From the human T2T-CHM13v2.0 reference genome, Homo sapiens, in the NCBI RefSeq assembly GCF_009914755.1, contig NC_060931.1: 64,000 bases of DNA, one strand, 5' to 3'. Shown here piece after piece: positions 18,580 through 45,972 of this stretch (its first letter is position 1; every line of letters begins with the position of its first letter). The translations under genes were made by a program, and so were the position numbers. The notes below the pieces were generated by a model. That model worked only from the letters and a program-made list of their open reading frames with translations. It was not told the origin of the DNA and searched no databases.

Positions 18580-19277
18580 TAACTCCTGACCTCAGGTGAT
18601 CTGCCCGCCTTGGCCTTCCAAAGCACTAGGATTACAGGTGTGAGCCACCGCAACTGGCCGTCCCCTATATTGCAGCACAGTGAACAACTGTTTCCTGAAC
18701 ATCACAAGCTCTCTTAGACACTACAGTGTATAAGCAGGTCTCTGTCTAAACTGCTCTCCTCTTGCCCCTCTGCCCAACCAATGTCTGCTCATCCAAAGAA
18801 TGTATCCCGTGTGTTCATTAACTTAGCAAGTTCCCAGTAAACAGTTTAATTGATCACTCGTTAAGAGAAGGCGGGAAACCTCCATGAAAAGAGAAATCAG
18901 TGGGTATTTCCTACAGCATTTAACACATCGTAGGCCTTCAATAAACCCTTGTGAAATAAACAAACCTCTTTACTCTTCATTCTATGTTGCTAAGAATCTC
19001 ACCTAAGTCTGTCTACCATGTGAAACTGCAGATGACCTCACAGAAAATGGAAAGAAGTATCTCTAAAAATAAGTTTATTTGGCAACACACTACAGGCTAC
19101 AGGTTCACTTCTGATTTTTTTTCTTTTTTTTTTTTTGAGATGGAGTCTTGCTGTGTTTACCCAAGACATGTTTTAGACTGTAAATTGGAGGCTGAAAAAC
19201 ATCATAACATCACTTTTGCCCTACTCAATGACTATCCTGTTACTAAGGTTGGGCCAAAATTAAAGGGGGGGTCATAG

Positions 19278-19445
<168 letters not shown>

Positions 19446-19452
19446 TAATTAA

Positions 19453-19801
<349 letters not shown>

Positions 19802-19852
19802 TGAAGTCCTGGCCTCAAGCAATCCTCCCACCTTGGCCTCCCAAAGTTCTAG

Positions 19853-20206
<354 letters not shown>

Positions 20207-20630
20207 TGATCAAAGGAGCATCAAAGAATTTGCAGCCTCCAGAAGGAGGTCATTTCCTGCCTCTGAGTCTCAGTTTCCACATCTATGAAATAAAGTTAAT
20301 GATCCTTCACTCCAGGGTTGTCGTGAAGGCTAAATTAAGTTGTATTTGGAAAAATATGTGGGGCACAGTAGGTGTGTTTCTCACACCCAGAGTCAGAGTG
20401 TTTAGCAGAGGGTTAGTAGTTGCCTCCAGGGCATGAAGGGCTCTTCCTGACCCTAAGTGTGAGGAACGCTTTGGGTTAAAAGATTGTACTTTTCTGCGTT
20501 CAGCTGAAAGGTGGAGGGCTCAGTGAGGTGGCTCACACCTGTAATTCCAATGCTTTGGGAGGCCGAGGTGGGAGGATCACTTGAGCCCAGGAGTTTGAGA
20601 GCAGCTTAAACAACACAGTAAGACCTTGTT

Positions 20631-20631
<1 letters not shown>

Positions 20632-20666
<35 letters not shown>
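20632..20666. repeat. (AC)n microsatellite in an Alu mid A-rich linker (copy ~48622-48654)
   Basis: acacacac... about 16-17 units. Confidence 0.95.
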
Positions 20667-20667
<1 letters not shown>

Positions 20668-21213
20668 TAGCCAGGCGTGGTGGCATGCGCCTGTAGTTCC
20701 AGCTACTTGGGAGGCTGAGGTGGGTGGATTGCTTGAGGCAAGGAGTTTGAGACAAGCCTGGTCAACACAGTGACACCCCATCATCCCCCAAAATCATTTT
20801 TCTTTGTTTTAAGGCAGAGCCTCACTCTATTGCCCAGGCTGGAGTGCAGTGGTGTGATCTCACCTCCTTGCAACCTCTGCCTCCCGGGTTCAAGCGATTC
20901 TTGTGTCTCAGCCTCCTGAGTAGCTAGGATTACAGGTGTGCACCACCATGCCTGGCTAATTTTTGTATTTTTAGCGGAGATGGGGTTTTGCCGTGTTGGT
21001 CAGGCTGGTCTTCAACTCCTGGCCTCAAGTGATCCGTCTGCCTTGGCCTCCCAAAGTGCTGGGATTACAGGTGTGAGCCACTGTGCCCAGCCACAATAAA
21101 TCATTTTTAAAAGGTTAAATTTAACCTCATTTAAGTAATACATGTAAGTCTCATCGAATATTTGAAGCCAGTTTGTGAGGTAAAGTCTATTATTATGTGC
21201 ATTTTAATTCTTA

Positions 21214-21760
<547 letters not shown>

Positions 21761-22593
21761 CTATGCCTGACTGCGTCTCCACGCTGCTGGGAAGGTTGAC
21801 TGAATCTGCCACTACCTCCCTGGGGTGCATGTGCTTACCAAACCATTGCATTATGTAAAAGGCGGTACTGTAGGTTTTTAGTTTTTTAATTTTTATTTTT
21901 TTGAGATAGAGTCTCACTCTGTCACCCAGGCTGGAGTGTAGTGGCATGATCTTGGCTGACTGCAATCTCTGCCTTCCGGGTTCAAGCGATTCTCTTGCCT
22001 CAGCCTCCTGAGTAGCTGGGACTACAGGCCCACACCACCACGCCTGGCTAATTTTTGTATTTTTAGTAGAGACAGGGTTTCACCATGTTGGACATCATGG
22101 TCTCGGTCTCTTGGGCTCATTATCTGCCTGCCTCGGCCTCCCGAAGTGCTGGGATTACAGGTGTGAGCCACAGTGCCTGGCCTCTAGTGACTTCATTTTA
22201 ACTTGATCACCTCTGTAAAGACTCTGGTTCCAATAAGGTCACCTCTAAGGTCTGGAGGGTCATGGCTTCAATACATGAATTAGGGGTGGGGGGCACACCA
22301 TGCAGCCCATAATACTAGCGTATCTGGTTATGTTAAACTTGCTATAGCCACAGTCTCGCTGACTTGGATTATGGTGCCATGGGAAGGGCCCTTAAAGATC
22401 ATCTTATCTGGTTGGGCTCAATGGCTCACGCGTGTAATTCCAGCACTTTGAGAGGCCAAGGCAAGAGGATCGCTTGTGACCAAGAGTTCAAGACCAGTCT
22501 GGGCAACAGAGCAAGATGCTATATCTACTACAGGCATGCACCTGTAGTCTCAGCTACTTGGGAGGCTGAGAGAAGAGGATTGCTTGAGCCCAG

Positions 22594-22684
22594 GAGGCAA
22601 CAGAGAGCTGATTGTACCACTGCACCCCAGCCGAGGCAACAGAGAGCTGATTGTACCACTGCACCCCAGCCAAGGCAACAGAGA
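22594..22684 (+). repeat. 39-bp tandem duplication (~2.3 copies) inside an AluJ right arm (copy 50582-50672)
   Basis: gaggcaacagagagctgattgtaccactgcaccccagcc twice, then aaggcaacagaga. Confidence 0.9.
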
Positions 22685-22695
22685 CCTTGTCTCTA

Positions 22696-22979
<284 letters not shown>

Positions 22980-23133
22980 TCAAAATATTAGGAAAAAAAA
23001 AGAGAGAGAGCCTCTTTTCCATCTCCCCGCCACAGAGTTGTCTTCAGTAATTTCATTCCCTTTTTTCCTGAGGATTCACTGGGTTTCTGGGTCCCAGAGG
23101 GGAAGTTCTCTTCAAGGTACAGAAACCACGACT

Positions 23134-23162
23134 CCGCAGAGAACCGCAGAGAACCGCAGAGA
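23134..23162 (+). repeat. 10-bp tandem repeat (ccgcagagaa) x3 (copy 51122-51150)
   Basis: ccgcagagaaccgcagagaaccgcagaga. Confidence 0.9.
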
Positions 23163-23899
23163 TGGCAGCATGACCAGACCACGGACAGGTGTGTAGAAGC
23201 TGCTGGGCTGAAACTTGGGCTGAACTTCCGCTGCAGGTTGACTTATTCCCATCAGCACCAAAGCCGCTGGAGGGGGTCATCCACTAGCAAATGAAGTGGG
23301 GGCACGGATTGGAGGCTGTTTCAGAAGGTCCCACTGAGCCACGGACTCAAGGCCTGGCCACAGCCCTCCCAAGCGAGGCCCAGATCATATTTCACCACGC
23401 TCAGAAAACCTTGCCAGCTCATTTCAGTCCACAGTGACTTTGCTTTCTTTAGGATCTCTCTTGCACTGTCCAACTCAGAGAATTTCAAATCTGAATGGAT
23501 TCCAATGATGGAGCTAAATCAGGCCTCACCTCAGTTTTTTAATTACAATCAATAGGGCTGGGTCCCAGCATCTGTGTCTTAATGTTCCTCCATGTGATCC
23601 TCATGCTGAAAGGCTGGTATTTGAAAATCCCTTTTTTTGGGGAGTGAAGGGTTTTTTTAGAGACAGGCCTCACTCTGATGCCCAGCCTGGAATGCAGTGG
23701 TGGATCACAGCTCACTGCAGCCTCGAACTCCTGGCCGCAAGAAATCCTCCCACCTTAGCCAACCAAAGTGTTGGGATTGCAGGAGTGACCACTGTGTCCA
23801 GCCAGGAAAGCCCTTCTGTTTCACTTGAATGATATTTCTGCCGCAGACCTACAGCCCTTGTTGTATTAAACGGCATCATTGCAGGAAAAGAAAAGGTGA

Positions 23900-24178
<279 letters not shown>

Positions 24179-26368
24179 TGATCTCAACCTCCTCACCTCT
24201 GGTTATCTGTCGGCATCAGCTTCCAAAAGTGCTGGGATTACAAGTGTGAGCCGCCGCACCTGGTTTGCCCATTTTTTGACAATGTATCAACATCATCTAA
24301 GATGGGCACTGCCTCAGTGTAGTGTGTCTAGACAAGGTGGCCGGAACAGAGAGGAATATGCATACCAGGCTTAAAGACGGGTTAAATCAGAGCTTTTCAT
24401 TCCACAAAAGAGCAATTTTAATGAGGTCAGAACATGGATGTTCTAATATTTGAAAGCCTGTTAACTAGGAGAGAGAGTAAAGTGATTTGTTGTAGGAGGA
24501 CACACCCAGCTCTGACGGTTTAAAGCGTCATGAATGCAAATTTGAACTCCAGAAAAGCAGAGCTTCCTAACAATGGGACTTCCACAGCAATGGGATTTCC
24601 TTCCGCATTCAGTTTGTGCCTTTCCCATGAGCGAGAGACTCCTAGGAGAGCCGCAGCCCGTTAGGAAGCCATGTGGGAACTCATCCACAGGTTCTTTTTG
24701 TTTTTTTTTTTTGTTGTTTTTTTTTGAGATGTAGTTTTGCTCTTGTTGCCCAGGCTGGAGTGCAATGGTGTGACCTTGGCTCACTGCAACCTCCGCCTCC
24801 CAAGTTTAAGCCATTCTGCTGTCCCCGCCTCCTGAGTGGCTGGGATTACAGGCACCCACCACCATGCCTGACTAATTTTTTGTATTTTTAGAAGAGATGG
24901 GGTTTCACCATGTTGGCCAGGCTGCTCTTAAACTCCTGACCTCAAGCGATCCACCTGCTATGGCCTCCCAAAGCGCTGGGATTACAGGCGTGAGCCACTG
25001 TGCCTGGCCGGAACCCACAGGTTCTTTGGATGGTCTCTGAATGTCATGAAACTCTTTTATATTTAATTAAAAAAATTTTTTTGACACAAGGTCTTGCTGT
25101 GTTGCCCAGACTGGAGTGCGGTGTCACGATCACAGCTCACTGCAGCCCCTAACTCCTAGGCTCAAGCAATCCTCCTGCCACCTCAGTCTCTCAAGTTGTT
25201 GGAACACAGGTGCCAGCCACGACACCTGGCTAATTTTGTTTTGTTTTGTTTTGTTTTGTTTTAGAGATGGGCTCTTGCTATGTTGCCTATACTGGTCTTG
25301 AACTGCTGGCCTCAGGCAGTCTTCCTCCCTTGGCCACCCAAAGAGATGGGATTACAAGCATGAGCCACTGTGCACAGCTGAGATTTTTCGACTTAGTCTT
25401 TTTGTACACCCAGTATCTTATAGAATATCCATAATATAGATTCATAAATAAACCATTTCCTTCAATGGTATAAATAAATAAACCACTGCTATAAATGGTG
25501 GAATTTTCTGAGTTAAGAGCAATACATATGATACAAAACTTGATATATAGAGTTTCTTAGCCAAACTGGAGGGGCTGGCTTTAGGTGATCCGTGGACTCC
25601 CTGAAATTGGGGACACCATTGGAAATATGTGTGAACTCATGGGCAGTTTCCTATGATTTCCAGTCCTCAAAATATCTCTTGGACTCAAAGATGCCTTAGG
25701 GCAGAGGACGCGTGTACCCCCAGTACAGAATCTCGGACAGTGAATGTCAGTAGACACTCGGCAGAAAACCTCTGCCAAATTGAGTGCTCTGATGTGACTT
25801 TTTCATCAAGTCAATGTTCCTGGGATCTCTTGTACATGATAATCTCACTCTTGTAAGGTTTCATCGTTTCTGCTTACCCTACTTTTCTTTCCCATCCTGA
25901 TCCCTCTCCCACCAGACTGGACTCTGAAACGGGCATGTACAGAGAAGAGGAGACCCCAACACGCTTCAAGCTTTGAGTGGAGAGGACACAGCCTCTGCTG
26001 GGACAGGGAACAGAGGGATGCGGAGACCCTGAAGATGCTTTTGGACAGTGGTCTGAGGTTGGGACAGTGGCAGGAGATACCATTCACCCAGGATCTCCAG
26101 GACAAGAGATCAGCCTGGCAGTTACATGTGTTTTTTTTCAAACTGGTTGCCAGGTTGGCATGAGCGATGACATCAGAGATTCCGACCTTCCTGATTGGAG
26201 GGACCGGACTCTGTCGGCACCTGGGAGTTCAGTTGGACAACAGTAACTTCTCAGAGCTGTTCTCCACTCCTGACTTCTCCCAGCCTCGAGAATTGATAAC
26301 ACACTCTTCTGGATCCCAGCAGTGTCCAGAAGAAGACCAAGGACAGAACAGAGACTAGGTTTGGTGAG

Positions 26369-32252
<5,884 letters not shown>

Positions 32253-34881
32253 AGCTCCAGGGACCGTGGAGGCCTGAGGTCATCGGCCTGAGAGAAGGTA
32301 CATCTGCATCCTCCGGGGTAAAGGCAGAATATTGGGGTCTATTTCGGAAATCCAAGGAACCCAATTGCTTGATCTGGCTTCAAGCCTGGGCAACGTGGCG
32401 AGATCCCTCTCCACAAAAATACAAAAATTAGCCAGGCGATGTGGGAGGCATCTCTACTCCCAACTACTCAGGAGGCTGAGGCGGGAGGATCGCTGGAGCC
32501 TGGGAGGTCGGGGCTGCAGGGAGCCCTGATCCTGCCACTGCACTCCAGCCCGGGCGACAGAGTGAGACCCTGCCTCAAAAATAATCATAAATACTGAGTT
32601 CGGGGAGGTTCATTATGATTGATGCACTTGAGTTACCGATTTGGGTCGAGGGTTCAGTGAAGCTTTGGTTTACATCTTGTGCAGCTAACCATGTTGAGCA
32701 CAGAGCATGAGACTTCGTCATGAGGAGGGAGGATTATGGATTAGGCTTCTGGACTCGTGGTTCGTGATGCTGTCACGTTAGAAACAGATCTAGCACGGTT
32801 ACAAGTTTAGATCTGAAGTGACACAAAAGGCCCAGCTGTGATGAAGTCCAAAGCCACATTCTCTGAGGGTGCCCTACTCCCTGGGAAGACCCACCCAAAG
32901 TCCTGGCTATGAAGCAGATCACTGGGGCTGACCTTGGGTGTATTAAGTTTTGGAGTCAGGGTCACCAAAGTGTGAGTTTCACAGTTGAACACGATGGTTC
33001 AGAAGCAGGGTATAGAATGAAAGGCAGGAGATAAAATTGCACTTCTCAATTGCTCTGAACTCTAGCTAGACTTGACATGGGACGTGAATAACCTTCCTGT
33101 CTAGAGAGCTGCCTCCTTTGAAGTGTGACATTGTCTCTCTCACTTCCAGAACACCGGACCCAGGGGAGATGTGGATTTTCAGCAGGAACTTTATTCCAAT
33201 GCTAATGGCAGACATCAGGAAGGAGGAGAGGAACCATTGGTGCAGATCATCTAGAAGAACCTGGACCATTCTTGACAGAGCTGAATACAGTGATCACGTT
33301 GTCCTCCAAGGAGCAGGGGTGGGGTGGGGTACTTCTAGGAGTCCTTGGAGAAAAGTAAGAAACCAGGAGTGTTTCCAGTTCCACCCTTTCCTGCGGCACC
33401 ACCTCCCTTTTTATATTGCTGAATGCCAACCTCCCTGGGGCGGAACCTGGAGGTCCTGTTTCTTATGGACTTGGTTGCCACAGTCCAGGAGCATTTGAAG
33501 GCACAGTGCAGGGGCTCAGATTGGCACAGAATTCTTTGTGAAATATGAGTGCCACAGACTGTAACAGATAGCTTCATGCACACTATGCATTTTATTGGTT
33601 TGTTTGGAAAATGTTGGCCATTGAATTATTAATAGGTTTATTTCAAATAGTTTGGAAATTGTTGTACTTTTGAAAACATGCTGTTCCTGTAGAGTTTTTT
33701 GATGAGAGTTATAGTTGTTATATATACCTAAAGATAATTTTCTTTTCATTTTTAAGTGAGAATTCTTTTTATCCTAAATCTTTTATTATCTTTAAATTTT
33801 TTTCTGTATTATTATATGTGCTCCTGAAGCGAGCACTCTTTTTATCTATGATACTTCCATAATAATCTCTTCTATTTATAGCTATGGTAGTTCCCCACCA
33901 GAAAAAAACATAATTCTGGTGATAGAAATTTTTATTTGCTGTTTAGGTTTGTGACTGACTTGTGAGAATTCAGTTGTGATTTTTAACATGTCTCAGATAT
34001 ATATACTAACACGTCTAATATATACTATCTATTTTATTGGTTTATTTTGAAAAACATGGGTATAGAATTATTTAAATATTATTTTATTTACTGAAATATT
34101 TATTAAATATATTTATTTATTTAAATATTATTATTACTTTAAATATTATTTTAAATATTTTGGAAATACTGGTATTTTTGAATAGATGCTGTTTCTATAA
34201 AAGCTGTGTGATGGGTATTATAACTGTTGTATACACATACATATAATTTTGTTTTCCTTTTTAAGAGAGGATTCTTTTCATCCTAAATCTTTTACCTTTC
34301 AATCTTTGTATCTATTATTACACGTGCTGCTGAAGGGAGCATGGTTTTTATCTATGATACTTAGTTAACATATATATTACATTTATAGCTATGTGGTAGT
34401 TCCCCTAAATTCTTGTAAAAATAAATTTTTATTTGATATTTAGTGTATGTTTGAAATGTGAGAATTCAGATGGAATTTTTTATCTTGTTTTGGCATGTTG
34501 TATGTTACTTTAAAGAGGATGTGTGTTCTAAAGGAGGACATGAGCTGTGTGTTTTCAAGAGAACAGTGCAGTGCATCTCTTGGGGAAACATAATAAAGAT
34601 GAACTTTTCTCACCTTCACAGTGAGTGTGATCATATTGTGGTCTGGATTGATTATTTGCTGTCAAGTGACATTTTTCCTTAATGGGGTTGTGGTTATTTG
34701 AACATATTTGTTAGCTTTGGAAGATAATCCTGTGCTGTTTTTTATGTAGAAAAAAACATACGGCTGGGTGCAGTGCTCACACCTACAATCCCAGCAGTTT
34801 TGGAGGTCATGGCGGGAGGATCACTTGAAGCCTATTTTTAATTTTTATTTTTTAAAGAAAAACAACAGAAGAGAAGGCTGA

Positions 34882-35070
<189 letters not shown>

Positions 35071-35464
35071 TGACTAACTTTTGTAAAAATAGTAGAGACA
35101 AGGTTTCACCATGTTGGCCAGGCTGGTCTCAAACTCCTGACCTCAAGTGATCCACCCGCCTCAGTCTCCAAAGTGCTGGGATTATAGGCATGAGCTACTG
35201 TGCCCAGACCCCAAGCTAGAGTTTTAAAGCAGGAAATGAGAGAAAGATATTGAGAGAGGAAAACCAGGTGGTAAGAAAACTCTAAAGGTGGCTGGGCGTG
35301 GTGGCTCACGCCTGTGATCCCAGCAGGAGTTCGAGACCAGGCAGGAGAATCACTAGCAGAGAATATGTCTCCCCAACCCCTCTCAAAAAAAAAAAAAAAA
35401 AAGTCCAGGCGCGGTGGCTCAGGACTGTAATCCAGCACTTTGGGAGGCTGAGGTGGGTGGATCA

Positions 35465-35677
<213 letters not shown>

Positions 35678-37226
35678 TCACAAAAGAAAAAAAAAAAAAG
35701 AAAGTTCCTGCAACAGTTCAAGCTGTGAAAGACAGGCACTCTGCCATGCAATTCTTTGTGATTTTTCTTTTTTATTTTTGGAGTCGGGGTCTTGTGCTGT
35801 CACCCAGACTGGGGTGCAGTGGTGCGGTCATAGCTCACTGTGGGCTCAGACTCAAGCTCAAGCAATCTTCTTATCTTGCCTTTCTAATTGCTGGGATTAT
35901 AAGCATGAGCCACTGCACCTGGCCTGTGTGACGTAATTCTGATGTCAACTCCCTGATGTTACATCAAATGCCACAGGTTAAGGCCACCAGCCCCCGCTAG
36001 GCTTGCCCTCGCTTCAGATGCAGCTGCAAGCTTGGGTGTCCACAGACCGCATGTACTTCTCACCAACTGGCTGCAAATTTGGAGGTTTCCCACCACGTCC
36101 TCAGGTTTGATAATTCACCATAACAACCCACAGAACTCTGAAAAGCATGATACTTTCTCTTTCTTTATTTGAGACAGAGTCTTGCTCTGTCACCCAGGCT
36201 TGGAGTGCAGTGGCCACCATGCTTGGCTAATTTTAGTATTTGTATTAGAGACAGGGTTTCGCCATGTTGGCCAGGCTGGTCTTGAACTCCTGACCTCAGG
36301 TGATCCACCCACCTTGGCCTCCCAAAGTGCTGGGATTACAGGCATAGCCACTGTGCCTGGCTGACTTCTAGAGTTTCAATAACAGAGATGTGGTTCAAGA
36401 AGAAAAGGGAGACATGTTTTGTAGACAGCAGGAGCTTCATGAAAAGAAGCCAATGAAGGGCAGGATGTGTAGCTGTCTACCTACAGGAAACCAGCCAGGA
36501 GCCTCCCCACAGGGACTTCAGCACAGATGGCCGGGAAAATCTGCATTCACCTGAGCTCTGGACCTAAGAGAGGACAAGGCCTTGACTGTTTCTACAGACT
36601 CACAAGATGCAATCTCTGCGGTCCATGCCCGTGGTGTGATCTGGGAAACAGGGGGCCTTCTAAATTGCCAACAACAAGGAAATCAAATGTGCAACAGACA
36701 GAAATATCGGCATTGACACGGGCCATGGAGAGGCCTAAACAGATGACTGCAGTCCACTGCCAAGGTCATCAAAGGGGTGACTCTGAAATAAGAAATTTCA
36801 GACGCCACGGCCCAAATAGCTGCACGAGGTGGGGAAGTCCTCCACATGCCTCTGCTTCCTTCAGTACCTCTTCATGAAATAAGCCGAGGTACTTCCCTGG
36901 GGAATTTCCTTTCTCTTTCTTTCTTTCGAGACGGAGTCTTGCTCTGTCGCCCAGGCTAGAGTGCAGTGGCGCGATCTCGGCTCACTGCAACCTCTCCCTC
37001 CCGGGTTTTGGCAATTCTTCTGTCTCAGACTTCTGAGTAGCTGAGATTACAGGTGTGTGCCACCATGCCCAGCTAATATTTGTATTTTCACTCGAGACAG
37101 GGTTTCACCATCTAGGCCAGGCTGGTCTTGAACTCCTGACCTCATGATCCACCCATCTTGGCCTCCCAAAGTCCTGGGATTACAGGCACGAGCCACCACA
37201 CCCAGACTTCTTGTTTTATTTTTTGA

Positions 37227-37430
<204 letters not shown>

Positions 37431-37854
37431 TGAACCCCTGACCTCTAATGATCTACCCGAATTGGTCTCCCAAAATGCTGGGATTACAGGCGTGAGCCAC
37501 TGTGCCCAGCCCCTCCCATACCTCTTTTGGCCAAGGCAGTACAATTCAGAGAATCTTGCCAGGGAAGACTGGTAAATGGACATCAACATGATGCCTATGG
37601 CTCCTGGTGGATTTAGATACCTCCTGGTGCTTACTGATACCTTTACCAGTTACATGGGGGCTTTTCCATGCCAGACTGAAAATGCTGGAGATCACTGATC
37701 AACCTTCAACTATTTACTAGCAGAACACTGAGGGGACTCTGCAGTCACCAATATCTCCTATTGCACTTGGATAAACACCTCCCGGGAAATAGAGATGAAT
37801 AGAAAGGAAATACTTAAACAAGCAGAATGGCTACATTCCTTCAACCAGAAGGGT

Positions 37855-38243
37855 CCATTAGTCTGTTTTCACACTGCTATAAAGAACTACTGGAAACTGG
37901 GGAATTTATGAAGAAAAGAGGTTTAATTGACTCACAGTTTTGCAGGCTGTACAGGAAGCATGGCTGGGGAGCCCTCAAGAAACTGACAATCACGGCAGAA
38001 GGCGAAGGGGAAGCAGGCACGTTTCTGGCCATGGTGGAGCAGGAGAGACAGAGAGAGTGAAGCAGGAGGTGCTGCATGCTTCTAAACAACCAGATCCCAT
38101 GAGCGCTCACTCACTATCACGAGACCAGCAAGGGGGACGTCAGCCGCCATGAGCCAATCATCTCCCACCAGGTCCCTCCCTCAACACTGGGAATTGCAAT
38201 TGGACATGAGATTTGGTTGGGGATACAGAGCTGAACCATATCA
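37855..38243 (-). mobile_element. MaLR solo LTR (THE1D/MSTA-like), unit 2 copy
   Basis: Duplicate of 9838-10226. Confidence 0.9.
37936..38024 (-). other. LTR-derived 89-nt PMS2P exon, unit 2 copy
   Basis: Same sequence as 9919-10007. Confidence 0.75.
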
Positions 38244-38276
38244 AGGGTAGTTCAACCACTGAGATTGATTGATTGA

Positions 38277-38494
<218 letters not shown>

Positions 38495-39551
38495 TGATCA
38501 CCCTGCCTCGGCTCTTCTTTTGCTGGAATTACAGGCGTGAGCCACCGCACCCGGACAACCACTGAGATTTAGAAGGCAGTCGAGTCCACTATACCACACC
38601 TCACCTGGTTTCTTCCTCTGTTGGGGCCCCTCGTGGCCACTGTTCTGTTACTTTTTGGTCCTATTTATTTAAATGGATGGTGAGCTGTTTGTCCTCCAGG
38701 ATCCAACACTTCCACCTTCAGCTTGTATTACAACAATACCAGCCTTTCAAGCTACTCCGGGTGACCCCAGAACTCATCTGAACTCAGAAGCCCAAGAGTT
38801 TCATTCCTCTCACTTTAGGGGACTAAGTGCCCCTGGTCAGCATGAAGTCGATACAGAAGCATGACCTCCATCCCTAATCCCTCAAGAATGAGGAGTGGAA
38901 GGTGTTGGCAGGAGGGTGGGACGCGGTTTGTAAATCTGTAACTGCATCAGACCAAATCTAGTTCAACTTTTTTTTTTTTTGATGGAGTTTCACTCTTGTC
39001 ACCCAGGCTGGAGTGCAATGGCACGATCTCAGCTCACTGCAACCTCCACGTCCTAGGTTCAAGCATTCTGCTGCCTCAGCCTCTGGGGTAGCTGGGATTA
39101 CAAGGGTGCGCCACCACGCCTGGCTAATATTTATATTTTTAGTAGAGACGGGGTTTCACCATTTTGGCCAGGCTGGTCTTGAACTCCTCGACCTCAGGTG
39201 ATCCACCTGCCTTGGCCTCCCAAAGTGCTGGGATTACAGGCGTGAGTCACCGCACCCGAATCAGTTCAACTTTTATGTAATGAAGTTGTCAGTTGTTTTC
39301 CAATTGCCATCGACCTGCAGGTTGAAGGTCATGTACCCTGTGCATGCCCAGGTTAACCACGCGTGCCACCGTGGAGTGGAACCTAAGAGCTCAGCCTGAA
39401 GAGCTCGGACCGATTTAAGAACCAGACACCCCCAGGCAGGAGCCAGGATCCAATCAGATTGAGTTTTGGTGTCACCCCATGGCAGGATCCAGTCAGATCA
39501 CACCTCCCAGCATTACTTTATTGCAAGATCCAATCAAATCACACCTCATTA

Positions 39552-39992
<441 letters not shown>

Positions 39993-40521
39993 TTAGCTGC
40001 ATATGTTTAAGTAACTTTTTAGATTATAAGAAATACGCATGCAAAATGGAAAGGCACAAAGAAGAGAGCAAAAAGTGCATGAGATCTCACATCCAAGGAT
40101 AACCGCTGAGAACATGGAAGTGCTGACTCTTCAGTCTTTATACTATACACATTTAGGCCTGTTTTGTTTTTATAAAACTGTAATCATATAATACAGACAG
40201 TTTTATAATCTGCTTTTTAAACACAACAATTATGTAACATTTAGCTGTTTCATTTGCATTCAAATTCATAAGGGTTCCAGTAACTCATTTATCAGAAAAC
40301 CAAGAGAAATATTCTCATAAAAATATAAGTACATAAGGTCAGGCATGGTGGCTCACGCCTGTAATCCCAGCACTTTGAGAGGCCGAGGTGGGCGGATCAC
40401 CTGAGGGCAGGAATTCAAGACCAGCCTGGCCAGCCTGGACAACATGGTGGAACCCCGTCTCCACTGAAAATACAAAAATTAGCCGGGCGTGGTGGCGCGC
40501 GCCTATAATGGTAGCTACTCA

Positions 40522-40841
<320 letters not shown>

Positions 40842-41067
40842 TAATTTTTCATAGAGACAGAGTCTCACTATGTTTCCCAGTCCTAATAAACATTATGTGA
40901 TAAAAAGAAAAAAGTAAATCATCCTGAAGTTAAGTCTTTAATGAGAAATGCAAATAAAGCATTTCTCAATAAATTATGGGAAGAGAATCAACTGAAGAAT
41001 AAACATCTTTAGTAAATCTTTTGCTCATGTGCATTAACCAATACTCTTGAAAACCAGGATTAATTTA

Positions 41068-44991
<3,924 letters not shown>

Positions 44992-45347
44992 TCAGCTATA
45001 TATTTTCATCCTGATTTTAACTGTGGGAAATGACTCAACACTGCAAATAGTTTATGGGTCTAATCTATTCATTTATTATATTAACAAATACATTTATTAT
45101 ATCCAGAAATGGAAACATTGTTTTACAATCCTTAAACAAGTACCCAAAATACTTCTGGATAGACACTTCAAATTCAACACATCCTTACTATCTAGTATCC
45201 ACATGGAGAAAACATACATTGTATCTCTCAAATTACCAAAATCTTTGGCAATAATGGTGTCTTCTTTCTTGAAAACTGAAAGCATGGCCGGTGCGGTGGC
45301 TCATGCCTGTAATCCCAGCAATTTGGGACACAGAGGCAGGTGGATCA

Positions 45348-45590
<243 letters not shown>

Positions 45591-45772
45591 TTAGAAAAAC
45601 CAACAGTATGCTGGGAAATACACAATGTTTAAGTCAAAATCATCTCAGAAATTGGATACCAGTTATATAACTATTCCTTATACACAGTTGCCTTTGATAC
45701 CCTACTCCAAATTGAAGCTGCCAGCTGCTGTCTTAGCAAAGACCCTCAAAGTTCTTGCTGTACTTGTTTTAA

Positions 45773-45972
<200 letters not shown>

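Noticed and set aside
22594-22684. CRISPR-like repeat array
   Set aside because: Head-to-tail 39-bp duplication inside an Alu, no spacers, primate DNA.
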